Positions 1 to 9,452 of a stretch of DNA of 64,000 nt are shown in pieces; position 1 is the stretch's first letter; each line of letters begins with the position of its first letter. Below the pieces are notes generated by a model. The model saw nothing but the letters and a program-made list of their open reading frames with translations. It had not been told where the DNA came from and did no database searches. The DNA comes from a virus (Duplodnaviria; Caudoviricetes), in the IMG/VR virus record IMGVR_UViG_3300028048_001497, positions 32,001-96,000 of that record; one strand, 5' to 3'. The translations under genes and the position numbers were made by a program.

Positions 1-1
1 G

Positions 2-733
2 AATATAGATGAAAATAAAATAGAAGAAAAAATTACTAACAAAACAAAAGCTATTATGCCTGTTGATATTTTTGGTAATCCATGTAATTATGATAAAATT
101 TTAGAAATTGCTAAAAAGCATAATTTAAAAATTGTCAATGATTGTTGTCAATCGTTTTTGTCTAAATATAATGATATTCCAATTGGTAGTTTTGGAGATA
201 TATCGTGTTTTTCAGTTGGGGGGACGAAACCATTTTGTAGTATTAGTGAGGGTGGATTTCTTGTTACTAATAATAAAGAGTATATTAATAAAATTAAAAG
301 TTTCTCAAATATAAATGATGCTTTTGATATAAATGTAATATATGAGAATATGAGTATTTTTGAAATTGTTTATTTATATTCAAAAATAAATGAAATAGAT
401 AATATATTACAATGGAAAAATAATATTGCAAATATTTACAAAAAAATGAAAAATGTTGTGTGGCAAGAACAAGAACCTAATTCAACTAGTGTATGGTGTT
501 ACATGCAAGGTTTATTTACTGATAAACGAAATGTTGAAATAGCAAAAAAATATTTCCAATTATCAACTTTATATCAAAAAACTATTTGCGACAATACATT
601 ATACAAAAATTATCAAGATGATGTTCCTATTGCAGAATATATATCTCACAATTCTTTTGGATTACCAATATATCCATATATTAATGAAAAAATATTACAA
701 GATGCGGTGAATAAATATAATAATGAGGTGTAA
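2..733 (+). CDS. DegT/DnrJ/EryC1/StrS family PLP-dependent sugar aminotransferase (5'-truncated by window edge)
   Basis: Frame is open from base 2 (NIDENKIEEKITNKTKAIMPVDIFG). Contains DCCQS and the SxxxTKP catalytic-Lys motif; paralogue of 762..1832. Confidence 0.85.
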   Translation, partial: NIDENKIEEKITNKTKAIMPVDIFGNPCNYDKILEIAKKHNLKIVNDCCQSFLSKYNDIPIGSFGDISCFSVGGTKPFCSISEGGFLVTNNKEYINKIKSFSNINDAFDINVIYENMSIFEIVYLYSKINEIDNILQWKNNIANIYKKMKNVVWQEQEPNSTSVWCYMQGLFTDKRNVEIAKKYFQLSTLYQKTICDNTLYKNYQDDVPIAEYISHNSFGLPIYPYINEKILQDAVNKYNNEV

Positions 734-761
734 TAGTATAGTATAATGAAAGGATAAAAAT

Positions 762-1832
762 ATGATTAAATATTTTTCTAATGAATTTGATTGGTTAATG
801 ACAAAACGCGAAGCATCTAAAATTATAGACGAGCAAAGTAAAACTAGAGATTTTCTTTGGGGGAAATCACTTAATTCTTTTATAAAAAAATTGAGCAATT
901 TTATTGGAGTAAAATATGTTGTTCTTTCAAAATCCGGCACACAAACATTAGCAGTTGCATTAAAGTGCTATGGTATTGGTGAAGGTGATAAAGTAATTAC
1001 AACTCCTTTAACATTTATTGCTACGGTTAATGCAATTCGTTTAGTAGGAGCAGAACCAGTTTTTGTAGATGTAAAAAACGATACATGGAATATAGATGAA
1101 AATAAAATAGAAGAAAAAATAGACGATACTGTAAAAGCTATTATGCCTGTTGATATTTTTGGTAATCCATGTAATTATGAAAAGATTAATGGAATAGCTA
1201 AAAAATACAATATTCCTGTAATTGATGATATGTGTCAAGCGATGACATCAATGTATCATAATAAAAAACTTGGTAATATTTGTGATGTATCGTGTACTTC
1301 TTTTTATCCAACGAAGCCATTTGGAGGATTTGGTGAAGGTGGGGCTTTATTTACAAATGATGAAAAAGTTTATGAATTAGCAAAATCTATTTTAGACCAC
1401 GGTTCTGATGGTAATGATAATTGTACTAGAGTTGGAACAAATGGTGGTTTTGATATGCTTCATGGAGTATTTTTGGATGTAAAAGCAAAATATCTGCCAA
1501 CCATTTTAGAAAAACGTAATACAATTGCAAATATTTACAAACAAATGAAAAATGTTACTTGGCAACAACAAGAACCAAATGCTATTAGTTCTTGGGCTAG
1601 GATGCAGGGAATTGTAACAGATGAAAAATCTAAAGAAATAATAAATAAATTATTTGAAACGGACGATTTGTATTCTAAAGACATTTGTGATAATACTTTG
1701 TATAAACAATATCGTAAAGACACACCAAATTCAGAATATATTACTCATAATTCAATTAGTTTCCCGATTTATACATATATGAATATAAAAGAATTGCAAA
1801 ACGCAGTAAATGAGTATAATTCATTGGTCTAA
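762..1832 (+). CDS. DegT/DnrJ/EryC1/StrS family sugar aminotransferase
   Basis: Motifs SGT, TPLTFIAT, GAEPVFVD, DMCQA and SFYPTKPFGGFGEGG. Confidence 0.92.
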   Translation: MIKYFSNEFDWLMTKREASKIIDEQSKTRDFLWGKSLNSFIKKLSNFIGVKYVVLSKSGTQTLAVALKCYGIGEGDKVITTPLTFIATVNAIRLVGAEPVFVDVKNDTWNIDENKIEEKIDDTVKAIMPVDIFGNPCNYEKINGIAKKYNIPVIDDMCQAMTSMYHNKKLGNICDVSCTSFYPTKPFGGFGEGGALFTNDEKVYELAKSILDHGSDGNDNCTRVGTNGGFDMLHGVFLDVKAKYLPTILEKRNTIANIYKQMKNVTWQQQEPNAISSWARMQGIVTDEKSKEIINKLFETDDLYSKDICDNTLYKQYRKDTPNSEYITHNSISFPIYTYMNIKELQNAVNEYNSLV

Positions 1833-1874
1833 TTTTATATAATTTGTAGAGTTTATTCTAAGAAAAAAAAGGAA

Positions 1875-1985
1875 ATGATGAAATTGAATATAGTTCTTAA
1901 TAAGATTCGTGAAAAAGAATTGCAAAATAGATATGCTTTTGGTTTTGGTGATTTAAAAAATAAAGTAAAAAAACATTTTCCATAA
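1875..1985 (+). CDS. small hypothetical protein (36 aa)
   Basis: ORF MMKLNIVLNKIREKELQNRYAFGFGDLKNKVKKHFP read by hand; preceded by AAGGA. Confidence 0.3.
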   Translation: MMKLNIVLNKIREKELQNRYAFGFGDLKNKVKKHFP

Positions 1986-2036
1986 AAACAAAATTGAACA
2001 AATTTAACAAATAATAATAAAATTAGGATATATTTA

Positions 2037-2064
2037 ATGGATAGTAATAACTATCCATTTTTTG
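2037..2064 (+). terminator. intrinsic terminator-like hairpin
   Basis: aatggatagt-aata-actatccatt followed by a T run. Confidence 0.55.
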
Positions 2065-2318
2065 TATAAATATTATTTATGAATTTTAAAATGGGGTTAT
2101 ATTTATTGAAAAAATGTATATTTTTTTAATGTAAAAGTAAAAAACAGATTGTGTTTGTAGAACAAAACATTTTTTCATAAATTGATTTATCTTGAATAAA
2201 TCGTACTCGCAAATATGTATGGTTTGCAAAAAACGCTATTATCCCGTTTTGTTTGCGAACACGCTCTTGTAATAATAACATTTAAATTTGATAAAATTAT
2301 TTCGGAGGTGTTTATTCG

Positions 2319-2837
2319 ATGGCAACAAATAATGCAGGTGGACATTTTGTTTTTGGTCCTACATTTAACTCTACGCAGTATGTGCGTGCAGCTATCGAAG
2401 GTGCTATCAATGGTTTCTATGACATTGATGCAGAAAAAGCAGAAGCTCTTGACGGAAAGTTAGCAGGTCATTTTGCTGCTATTTCCTCTGATGGTAAAGT
2501 TGTACCAGCAGGTGCAAAGGGCGCAGGTGCAGTTGGTCTTATTCGTGAAGATTTGAAGGATATGATTAACGCTAGTGGTAAGGCTTCATTCTACATGCTC
2601 GGCATGGGTGGCGAATATCACGTTGCAGAGTCCCGTCTCGGCAAGGAAATTAGTGCTTTTACAGTTGGTAAGGAAATTACAACTGATGCAAATGGTGCTA
2701 TCGTTCCTGCTACTGATGGTGATAAGGTTCTCGGTACTGTTGTTTCTATCGGTGAGTTCCGTCAGGGCAACATGTATGAATGGGCTGGCGAAGCCGCTAA
2801 TGGTGGCAAGTTCCTCGGCTTTATTATGCACGTTTAA
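2319..2837 (+). CDS. capsid decoration/cement protein
   Basis: Gly/Ala-rich beta-type protein directly upstream of the capsid gene; GGAGGTG RBS; highly-expressed codon bias. Confidence 0.7.
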   Translation: MATNNAGGHFVFGPTFNSTQYVRAAIEGAINGFYDIDAEKAEALDGKLAGHFAAISSDGKVVPAGAKGAGAVGLIREDLKDMINASGKASFYMLGMGGEYHVAESRLGKEISAFTVGKEITTDANGAIVPATDGDKVLGTVVSIGEFRQGNMYEWAGEAANGGKFLGFIMHV

Positions 2838-2854
2838 TTGGAGGTTGATTAGTT

Positions 2855-3700
2855 ATGTCTATGACACAAGAAGAAAAAGAATATTTAATCTCCAATGCTC
2901 TTGAAACAAGCGAAGGACGCGCAGCTCTTGCTAGTGCTATGGCTAACCCAATTCGTACTTCCCTTGATTATCAGGGTATTGGACGTAAGTTACTCGTTGT
3001 TGACCCACTACCACAGGGCGCACTTCCTGTTTACGACCGCGATGTTGATGCAAAGGCATTTGTCGTTTCTAAACGTGGACAGGCTCCAGACCAGCTCGTT
3101 GAGGGTGAACGTATCCAGGTTCCAACTTTTGAAGTTGTAGCTTATCCACAGGTTCGTTTCTCTCAGATTAAGGAACGTCGTTTCAATATTATTGACCGTG
3201 CTCAGCAACGTGCTAAGTCAGATATTATGGCAGTAGAAGATGAAACTTGCTTCTCACTTCTCGATGCTGCTGCAACATCTGTAAACCCAGAAACAATTTC
3301 TGCTGGTGGTCTTACTCGTGATGCTCTTGCTACTGCTTTCCGTGAAGTCGAAAAGCATGACCTCGCAGCTACGAAGATTGTTATGAACGCACAGGCTTTT
3401 GCTGATATTCGTAAGTGGGGACAGAATGAATTTGACCCAGTAACACAACACGAAGTTCTTCAGACAGGTACATTTGGACATCTTTGGACTGCTGAAATTC
3501 TCATTTCAAAGAAAGTCCCACTCAATACAGTTTATGTACTTGCTGACCCAGAGTTTGTTGGTGTTATGCCAATTCGTCAGGATATCCAAGTTATTCCAGC
3601 AGATATTCCTGAAAGACTTCGCATTGGTTGGGTTGTTTACGAAGAAATTGGTATGTCCGTTGTCAACGGTATGTCCGTTGCTAAGATTACAATTAAGTAA
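2855..3700 (+). CDS. major capsid protein (short HK97-fold, phage G gp27-like)
   Basis: 281 aa; GGAGG RBS; strong codon bias; HK97/encapsulin-like pattern (GRKLLVVDPLPQGALPVYD...IVMN...GWVVYEEIG); followed by a terminator. Confidence 0.85.
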   Translation: MSMTQEEKEYLISNALETSEGRAALASAMANPIRTSLDYQGIGRKLLVVDPLPQGALPVYDRDVDAKAFVVSKRGQAPDQLVEGERIQVPTFEVVAYPQVRFSQIKERRFNIIDRAQQRAKSDIMAVEDETCFSLLDAAATSVNPETISAGGLTRDALATAFREVEKHDLAATKIVMNAQAFADIRKWGQNEFDPVTQHEVLQTGTFGHLWTAEILISKKVPLNTVYVLADPEFVGVMPIRQDIQVIPADIPERLRIGWVVYEEIGMSVVNGMSVAKITIK

Positions 3701-3722
3701 TTTAAACAAAATTAAATATAAT

Positions 3723-3752
3723 AAAAGAGATACAATATGTATCTCTTTTTTT
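3723..3752 (+). terminator. intrinsic terminator after capsid operon
   Basis: aaaagagatac-aatat-gtatctctttt plus T run. Confidence 0.8.
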
Positions 3753-3774
3753 GTTTGTTGTTGGGAGCAAAATA

Positions 3775-4638
3775 ATGTTTTTAGAACAATTCGTCATAAT
3801 TACATGGAATGGCAAAAATAAACAGTATTATATGTCAAAAGGATATAAATTTACAAAAATGTTTGATAAATTTAGATGTAATATTAATGATTTAATTAAA
3901 GGTAGTCGTGCAATTGTAAAATTGAAATGTGATAATTGTGGGAAAGATTTTGAAAAACCATATGGAAATTTGAGAGATAAAACGAAGCATTATTGTAAAG
4001 AATGTAGAATAACAATGATTAAACATACTATTAAAGAAAAATATAATGTCTCATGTGTATCAAAATTAAAGAATGTTCAAGATAAAATAAAGAAAACGAA
4101 TTTAGAAAAATATGGTTGCAAACACCCTATGCAAAATAAAGATGTGTTAAAGAAACAACAAATGACAAATAAAAAACGTTATGGATATATAACTCCATTG
4201 TTAAATACGCAAGTTAATCCACATACTTATCAAAAATTTTCATATATGCAGAAACATATTTGTGAATTAGTTTATGGAATATTAAATTATTATGAGCATG
4301 GATTTTATATTGATGTGGCTTTAGTAAAAGAACATATTGCCATTGAATATGATGGTGGTGGGCATAATTTATCAGTTAAATTGGGTTTTATAACAGAAGA
4401 AGAATTTAAGAAAAAAGAAATACAACGCAGTATAATACTTCAAAGAAATGGATGGAAAATAATACGTATTATTAATACATATGATAAATTGTTGTTGGAT
4501 AAAGATATTCTAGCATATATCAATATATCAAAAAAATATTTATTAACCACAATTCATCATTGGATTTATATAAATTTTGATAATCAACAAATCATAACAA
4601 GTGTTTTTAGAAAGGATTTTAAAGAATATGGAGTATAA
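3775..4638 (+). CDS. putative homing endonuclease (Zn ribbon + DUF559/Vsr-like PD-(D/E)xK domain)
   Basis: CDNCG..CKEC, TNLEKYG-type repeats, FYIDVA..IAIEYDGGGH..GWKIIRI. ATG at 3775 follows GGGAG. Confidence 0.7.
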   Translation: MFLEQFVIITWNGKNKQYYMSKGYKFTKMFDKFRCNINDLIKGSRAIVKLKCDNCGKDFEKPYGNLRDKTKHYCKECRITMIKHTIKEKYNVSCVSKLKNVQDKIKKTNLEKYGCKHPMQNKDVLKKQQMTNKKRYGYITPLLNTQVNPHTYQKFSYMQKHICELVYGILNYYEHGFYIDVALVKEHIAIEYDGGGHNLSVKLGFITEEEFKKKEIQRSIILQRNGWKIIRIINTYDKLLLDKDILAYINISKKYLLTTIHHWIYINFDNQQIITSVFRKDFKEYGV

Positions 4639-5617
4639 AACAAAAGAATGTCCAATTTGTCATAATCAATATAAAATGCTTTCTTCTCATATACAAAAAG
4701 CACATAAAGATTTTTATTTGGAACAGGTTAAATTGGTAGAACAACAAATTAACAATTTAGATATAGATAAAAAAACAGACTTATTATCATATAATATTTA
4801 TTTAAGTTATAATGTTTGTTGCAAAATATGGAAAGACTTTGATATAGAGTTATACGATAAAAGAGTAAAAAATTTAACGTCAAAAAACATTTCAAAAGCA
4901 AAAAAAGGAATGAAAATGTCAGATGAATGGAAACAACATTTATCTGAAGCACATAAAGGGCAAAAAGTGTGGAATTGTGGATTAGATATGTCAGATAAAC
5001 GTGTGCATGATAATATTATGAAACGAAATCATACAATTGCAGAACAAAATAAATTAAAATATAAAACTGGAGAAATGGTTGCTTGGAAAACAGGATTAAC
5101 AAATGAAAATTCTGAAAAAGTAAGAAAAATATCAGAAAAAACATCGAAAACAATGTCACAAAAAGAACAATACAATAGTAGAGGGATTGCAGGAATACGA
5201 CCTGATTTGGGTTTCTTTTGTGCTTCAACATATGAAGCAAATATATATAGAATATATCAATACTATAACAAGAAAGATAATATAGATTATAAAAGGGAAT
5301 ATAACAACATATTTCCTATTCATATTCAAGGGCAAATACATTATTATCGAATAGATATTCAAGATGTATGCGGATTATTTGGAGACAAAAATCAATATAT
5401 TGAAGTTAAAGGATACATGAATGAAGAATCAATTGAAAAAATTAATGCGTTTCGTAAAGAATATCCAAATTATAAATTGATTGTTATTGGTGGAAAAGAT
5501 ACAAATCCTGATATTGATTATTTTCAGTTGCAAGAAAAATATCAGCCTTTAATTTCATTGTGGGAAACAAAAAAGAAAAATATACGTGTAACTCCGTGGT
5601 TATACAACAAAATTTAA
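4628..5617 (+). CDS. putative homing endonuclease (C2H2 finger, NUMOD3, PD-(D/E)xK nuclease)
   Basis: CPICH..H..H; NUMOD3 KMSDEWKQHLSEAHKG; S(T)YEAN..YRID..IEVKGY. Confidence 0.7.
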   Translation: MEYKTKECPICHNQYKMLSSHIQKAHKDFYLEQVKLVEQQINNLDIDKKTDLLSYNIYLSYNVCCKIWKDFDIELYDKRVKNLTSKNISKAKKGMKMSDEWKQHLSEAHKGQKVWNCGLDMSDKRVHDNIMKRNHTIAEQNKLKYKTGEMVAWKTGLTNENSEKVRKISEKTSKTMSQKEQYNSRGIAGIRPDLGFFCASTYEANIYRIYQYYNKKDNIDYKREYNNIFPIHIQGQIHYYRIDIQDVCGLFGDKNQYIEVKGYMNEESIEKINAFRKEYPNYKLIVIGGKDTNPDIDYFQLQEKYQPLISLWETKKKNIRVTPWLYNKI

Positions 5618-5655
5618 TATATGTGTTATATAATTAACCATAGGGAGGAGTTTGT

Positions 5656-7341
5656 ATGTTAAAAAGACATGAAGTTAGCGGACAAAAACAATTAAATATG
5701 GATGTTTACCAAGCGTTTCAAAAACGTATGGATTTTGTCGTGAAAGAATTTGATGTCATTAGTATTTCATTTTCAGGTGGTAAAGATAGTGGTGTTCTTT
5801 TAAATTTGGTTATGGACTATTTAAAAGAGCATAATATTAATGATAAAAAAATATGTATTTTTCATCAAGACATGGAATGTCAGTATCAAGAGACGTCTGA
5901 TTATGTGGAAAGGACATTTAAAGAATTTGCAGATAAAGCAGAATGTTATTGGTTTTGTCAACCCATTGAATCAAGAAATGCGTTAAGCGTGTTTCAACAT
6001 TATTGGTATCCGTGGGATGATGAATGTCCTGAAAAATGGACTAGACCAATGCCAAATTATCCGTATGTATATACATTAAAAAATAATCCATTTTCTTTAT
6101 ATAAATATAAAATGGAATATCATGAACATGCAGAAAAATTTGAAATTTGGCTAAAACAAAAATATGGTGGAAGAGTAATTTCTCTTACAGGTATGCGTGC
6201 AAGCGAATCACTAAATCGTTATCGTGCGGTTGTAAATAAAGTATGTTGTTACAAGGGCAAAAAATGGACAAAAGAAATTGATAAAGATGTATATGTAGCA
6301 TATCCAATTTATGATTGGACAGTTGATGATGTATGGATAGCAAATGCAAAATTTGGATATAAGTACAATCATTTATATGATTTGTTCTATAAAGCAGGAG
6401 TTCCATTAACACAGATGCGCGTTGCCTCACCGTTTCATGATGATGCAAAAAATGATTTAAATATGTATCGTGTAATTGACCCACAAATTTGGTCGAAACT
6501 TCTTTGTCGTGTAGAAGGAGTAAATTTTGCGGCAATTTACGGAAGAACAAAAGCGATGGGATGGAATAAAGTTACCATGCCAAAAGGAAAAACGTGGAAA
6601 GAGTATAATAAATTTATTGTTTTAACATTACCTGCTGAAACACGACAAAATTTTATAGATAAATTTGATTTTTCTATTCAATTTTGGCTAACAAAAGGTG
6701 CAGGACTAAATCAAGATATTGTTCAAAAATTACATGATACAATGTGTTCAGTAACGAACACACCATTTATGGATAAAGACGAAATTTATCATACGAATTA
6801 TAGCATTACAAAAAATGAAAATGGAGAATATATTTTAAATTTACCAAGTAATTTTAAAAACAATATTTTTCATTATACATTCTTTGATAAGGTAAAAGTA
6901 AGAGCAAAAGGAATTTTAAAGGATTTAAATGGAAAACCAATTCATCGTATCAATGCGTTAGGAGAAGAAATAGAGGATGAATATCTTCCTGATATTTATG
7001 GTGAATATGAATACGTATTAGATAAAAATAGTAAAATTTATACAGTAGAGCAAGGAATTAAAGATTCAAAAACAGAAGAAGAAAAAATGTTATATGATGG
7101 CAAAGACAGTAACGATATTTGTCCAAAAATATCTCATTTTGGGAAACATATGAATTTACAAGTTATTTGTTCTGTTATTGCTGATGAAACAGATGTATTG
7201 AAGGAAACACAATCTGTTGCTTCATGGAAACGAATGACAATTTGCTTGTTAAAGAATGATTATCTTTGCAAATATATGGGATTTGGATTAACGAAAGAGC
7301 AACAGAAAAAGGTTAATTATATTAAGAATATGAATAAATAA
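5656..7341 (+). CDS. IbrA/YbdN-like PAPS-reductase family protein (DUF3440)
   Basis: SFSGGKDS PP-loop, GMRASESLNR, YPIYDW, MRVASPF, WKRMTICLLKNDYLCKYMGF. Confidence 0.88.
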   Translation: MLKRHEVSGQKQLNMDVYQAFQKRMDFVVKEFDVISISFSGGKDSGVLLNLVMDYLKEHNINDKKICIFHQDMECQYQETSDYVERTFKEFADKAECYWFCQPIESRNALSVFQHYWYPWDDECPEKWTRPMPNYPYVYTLKNNPFSLYKYKMEYHEHAEKFEIWLKQKYGGRVISLTGMRASESLNRYRAVVNKVCCYKGKKWTKEIDKDVYVAYPIYDWTVDDVWIANAKFGYKYNHLYDLFYKAGVPLTQMRVASPFHDDAKNDLNMYRVIDPQIWSKLLCRVEGVNFAAIYGRTKAMGWNKVTMPKGKTWKEYNKFIVLTLPAETRQNFIDKFDFSIQFWLTKGAGLNQDIVQKLHDTMCSVTNTPFMDKDEIYHTNYSITKNENGEYILNLPSNFKNNIFHYTFFDKVKVRAKGILKDLNGKPIHRINALGEEIEDEYLPDIYGEYEYVLDKNSKIYTVEQGIKDSKTEEEKMLYDGKDSNDICPKISHFGKHMNLQVICSVIADETDVLKETQSVASWKRMTICLLKNDYLCKYMGFGLTKEQQKKVNYIKNMNK

Positions 7342-7342
7342 T

Positions 7343-7378
7343 AAAAATGCTAGGCGTAAATTTGCACCTAGCATTTTT
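7343..7378 (+). terminator. intrinsic terminator
   Basis: aaaaatgctagg...cctagcattttt inverted repeat. Confidence 0.7.
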
Positions 7379-7390
7379 ATACTATATAAT
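7362..7390 (+). promoter_or_regulatory. sigmaA-type promoter, now separated from its HNH gene by the IS
   Basis: TTGCAC (7362-67), 17 nt, TATAAT (7385-90), then GTGGTG RBS at 7395-7400. Confidence 0.55.
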
Positions 7391-7600
7391 ATATGTGGTG
7401 ATAGTCAACTACTCCCACTTAACGCCTACGGCGTTTGAAGTGGGAGCTTGAACCTACCCTGTAACAGCAAAAACTGTCCTAAGAGGTTGTAACGGCAAAG
7501 CCTTCCTCAAGAGTGGTTCTACTCAACACGAAAAATCCGTGTTCGGACGGTTGACAACGCCCGCATGACAGCGACGCAATGCGTACTATCTGTTAGCTAA
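7384..7600 (-). ncRNA. predicted TnpB omega/reRNA (right end + flanking guide)
   Basis: Structured ~190 nt between the tnpB stop and the right end; by family knowledge the guide comes from the flank (TATCACCACATATATT...). Boundaries approximate. Confidence 0.55.
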
Positions 7601-8946
7601 GTTTTTCATAATGAGGGTTTTCAACGCCAGCAATCCAGTCGGTGCCGAGACGGTAGATGTTGAACGCCCCGACAGCGTCATCGTTCATCTGATGCCCGCA
7701 ACAGTCGCAAACATAAAGATGTTTTTCGTGTTTGCGGTTTTCTTTATGGATACGCCCGCACTTCGGACAACGCTGGCTGGTATACGCAGCCGAAACTTCC
7801 AGAACAAGGGACTGATTTTCTAAAGCCTTGTAGACCATCTTTTGCTGAAAATCATAGAAAGCCCATGAATGGAGTTCCCGTTTATGGTCTTTCTTTCGCT
7901 TATTGTTTTTTTCGTCAAAAGAAATATCGGTCAGGTCTTCCAAAACAAAGAGAGTATTCGGGCCATAGTATTCAACGAGTGCCTTGGAAATCTGATGGTT
8001 AACGTCAACCATCCAACGGTTCTCTCGCTGTTCAATGGTGCGGATTCTGCGTTTTGATGACTTCGTATTCTTCATTTGAAGATGTCTGCGAAGCTCATAG
8101 AAATGTCTTCGTCTGCGGGCAATCTGCTTGCCAGAAGCGAAGTGGAACTTACCACGCTCGTCGCAAACAGTCACAATCTGGCGAAGCCCTCGGTCGATAC
8201 CAACGACGTGCTTGACGGTATCCTTGGAAAATTCCCCGACTTCTTTCTGCATGGCAATATGAAGATAAAATTTACCACGGCGTTCGTGCAGGGTAGCCGA
8301 AGTCTGTTCCCACCCACCTTTGTAGAACTTATCAAAGTAGCCGACTTTCCACTGTGCCGTAGCCTTTTCCCTGCCATGAAGCGTAAGTATGGATACCGAA
8401 CCATTGGGAAGGACGCTATAAGAATATTTGCGGGCATATTGAACAAACAGCGTCTTGAATTTAATTGGTTGCCACAGATATTCAAAGACAGTCTTCGGGT
8501 CAAACTCCCATCCTTGCTTCTTTGCTTGTTTGAACAACTTTTGGATATTCTGCGTTTTAACCGTTTTGTATTTTGCAAGGACGGTCTTGATGACGGACTG
8601 TGCTAGGAATGAAGGCATATCAAACTCAGAACGAATCTGTCGGTACAGCCTGTCCTGAAGAACACGCTGTTGCATAATAAAGCCGTGGTCGAAAATGTAT
8701 TGGCTGACCATATTGCAGGCAGTCACAAACTGACGCTGTGTTTCCATAAGGTCGTCGGCTTGTTTTTGTGACACGTTGATTTTGAGTTTCAGGACTTCTG
8801 TAATAATCATTTGTTTTCACCTCCTTATTATTTTGCTAAAATTATTATACCATATATTTTAGTAAAAGTATAGATGATTTATATGTGAAAAGACCGCCAA
8901 TTCATCTCACCGCCTATAGAGGCGGGAGACTTCTTGGCGGATTGGG
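7404..8946 (-). mobile_element. non-autonomous IS200/IS605-family (IS1341-type) element, tnpB only
   Basis: Visibly GC-richer island. Subterminal hairpins at 7412-7446 and 8894-8940. The minus-strand right end reads GTAGTTGAC and the left end is preceded by TTTAA. Confidence 0.85.
7593..8810 (-). CDS. tnpB: RNA-guided endonuclease TnpB
   Basis: RuvC-I VGIDRG, RuvC-II LEDL, Zn finger CPKCG..CDCCG, RuvC-III NDDAVGAFNI; AGGAGGTG RBS. Confidence 0.93.
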   Translation of the reverse strand: MIITEVLKLKINVSQKQADDLMETQRQFVTACNMVSQYIFDHGFIMQQRVLQDRLYRQIRSEFDMPSFLAQSVIKTVLAKYKTVKTQNIQKLFKQAKKQGWEFDPKTVFEYLWQPIKFKTLFVQYARKYSYSVLPNGSVSILTLHGREKATAQWKVGYFDKFYKGGWEQTSATLHERRGKFYLHIAMQKEVGEFSKDTVKHVVGIDRGLRQIVTVCDERGKFHFASGKQIARRRRHFYELRRHLQMKNTKSSKRRIRTIEQRENRWMVDVNHQISKALVEYYGPNTLFVLEDLTDISFDEKNNKRKKDHKRELHSWAFYDFQQKMVYKALENQSLVLEVSAAYTSQRCPKCGRIHKENRKHEKHLYVCDCCGHQMNDDAVGAFNIYRLGTDWIAGVENPHYEKLS

Positions 8947-8952
8947 TTAAAT

Positions 8953-9450
8953 ATGTTAAAACAAATTCCAAATACAAACAATATATATTATGCAGATGCA
9001 GATGGTAACATTTATAATTATAAAAAAGAAAAGAAAAAATGCCATTCAGATAAAGATGGATATTTGATTACTTCCATTGATGGGAAAAGCAAAAAAGTAC
9101 ATCGTTTAATTTTGGAAACTTTTATTATAAATAAAAACAATTATCCAATGGTAAATCATATTAATGGAATAAAAAACGATAATCGGCTTTGTAATTTAGA
9201 ATGGGTATCTGCTTCGCAAAATGTATACAAAGCGCATCATGAAACAAAAACTAGAGTTGCAGGTGTTAATACAGGGATGAAAGCTATTCCTGTGATTTGT
9301 ATTGAAATTTTAACAAATGCCATGTATAATTATAATAGTATTTCAGAAGCAAGTAGAGCCTTGAAAATACCTGAATATATGATAAGTCGTTGTGTAAATG
9401 GAAAACGTAAATCAGCGAAAGGTTTTATGTTTAAAAAAAAGGAGAATTAA
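8953..9450 (+). CDS. HNH homing endonuclease with NUMOD1 domain
   Basis: VHRLI..VNHINGIKNDNRLCNLEWV; YNSISEASRAL..KSAKGFMF. Confidence 0.88.
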   Translation: MLKQIPNTNNIYYADADGNIYNYKKEKKKCHSDKDGYLITSIDGKSKKVHRLILETFIINKNNYPMVNHINGIKNDNRLCNLEWVSASQNVYKAHHETKTRVAGVNTGMKAIPVICIEILTNAMYNYNSISEASRALKIPEYMISRCVNGKRKSAKGFMFKKKEN

Positions 9451-9452
9451 TT

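Noticed and set aside
2855-3700. Encapsulin nanocompartment shell
   Set aside because: The neighbouring decoration gene and the sheath/tube genes make a phage capsid far more likely.
6720-7170. Intein in the IbrA insert
   Set aside because: No C/S start paired with an HN-C/S/T end, and no LAGLIDADG motifs seen.
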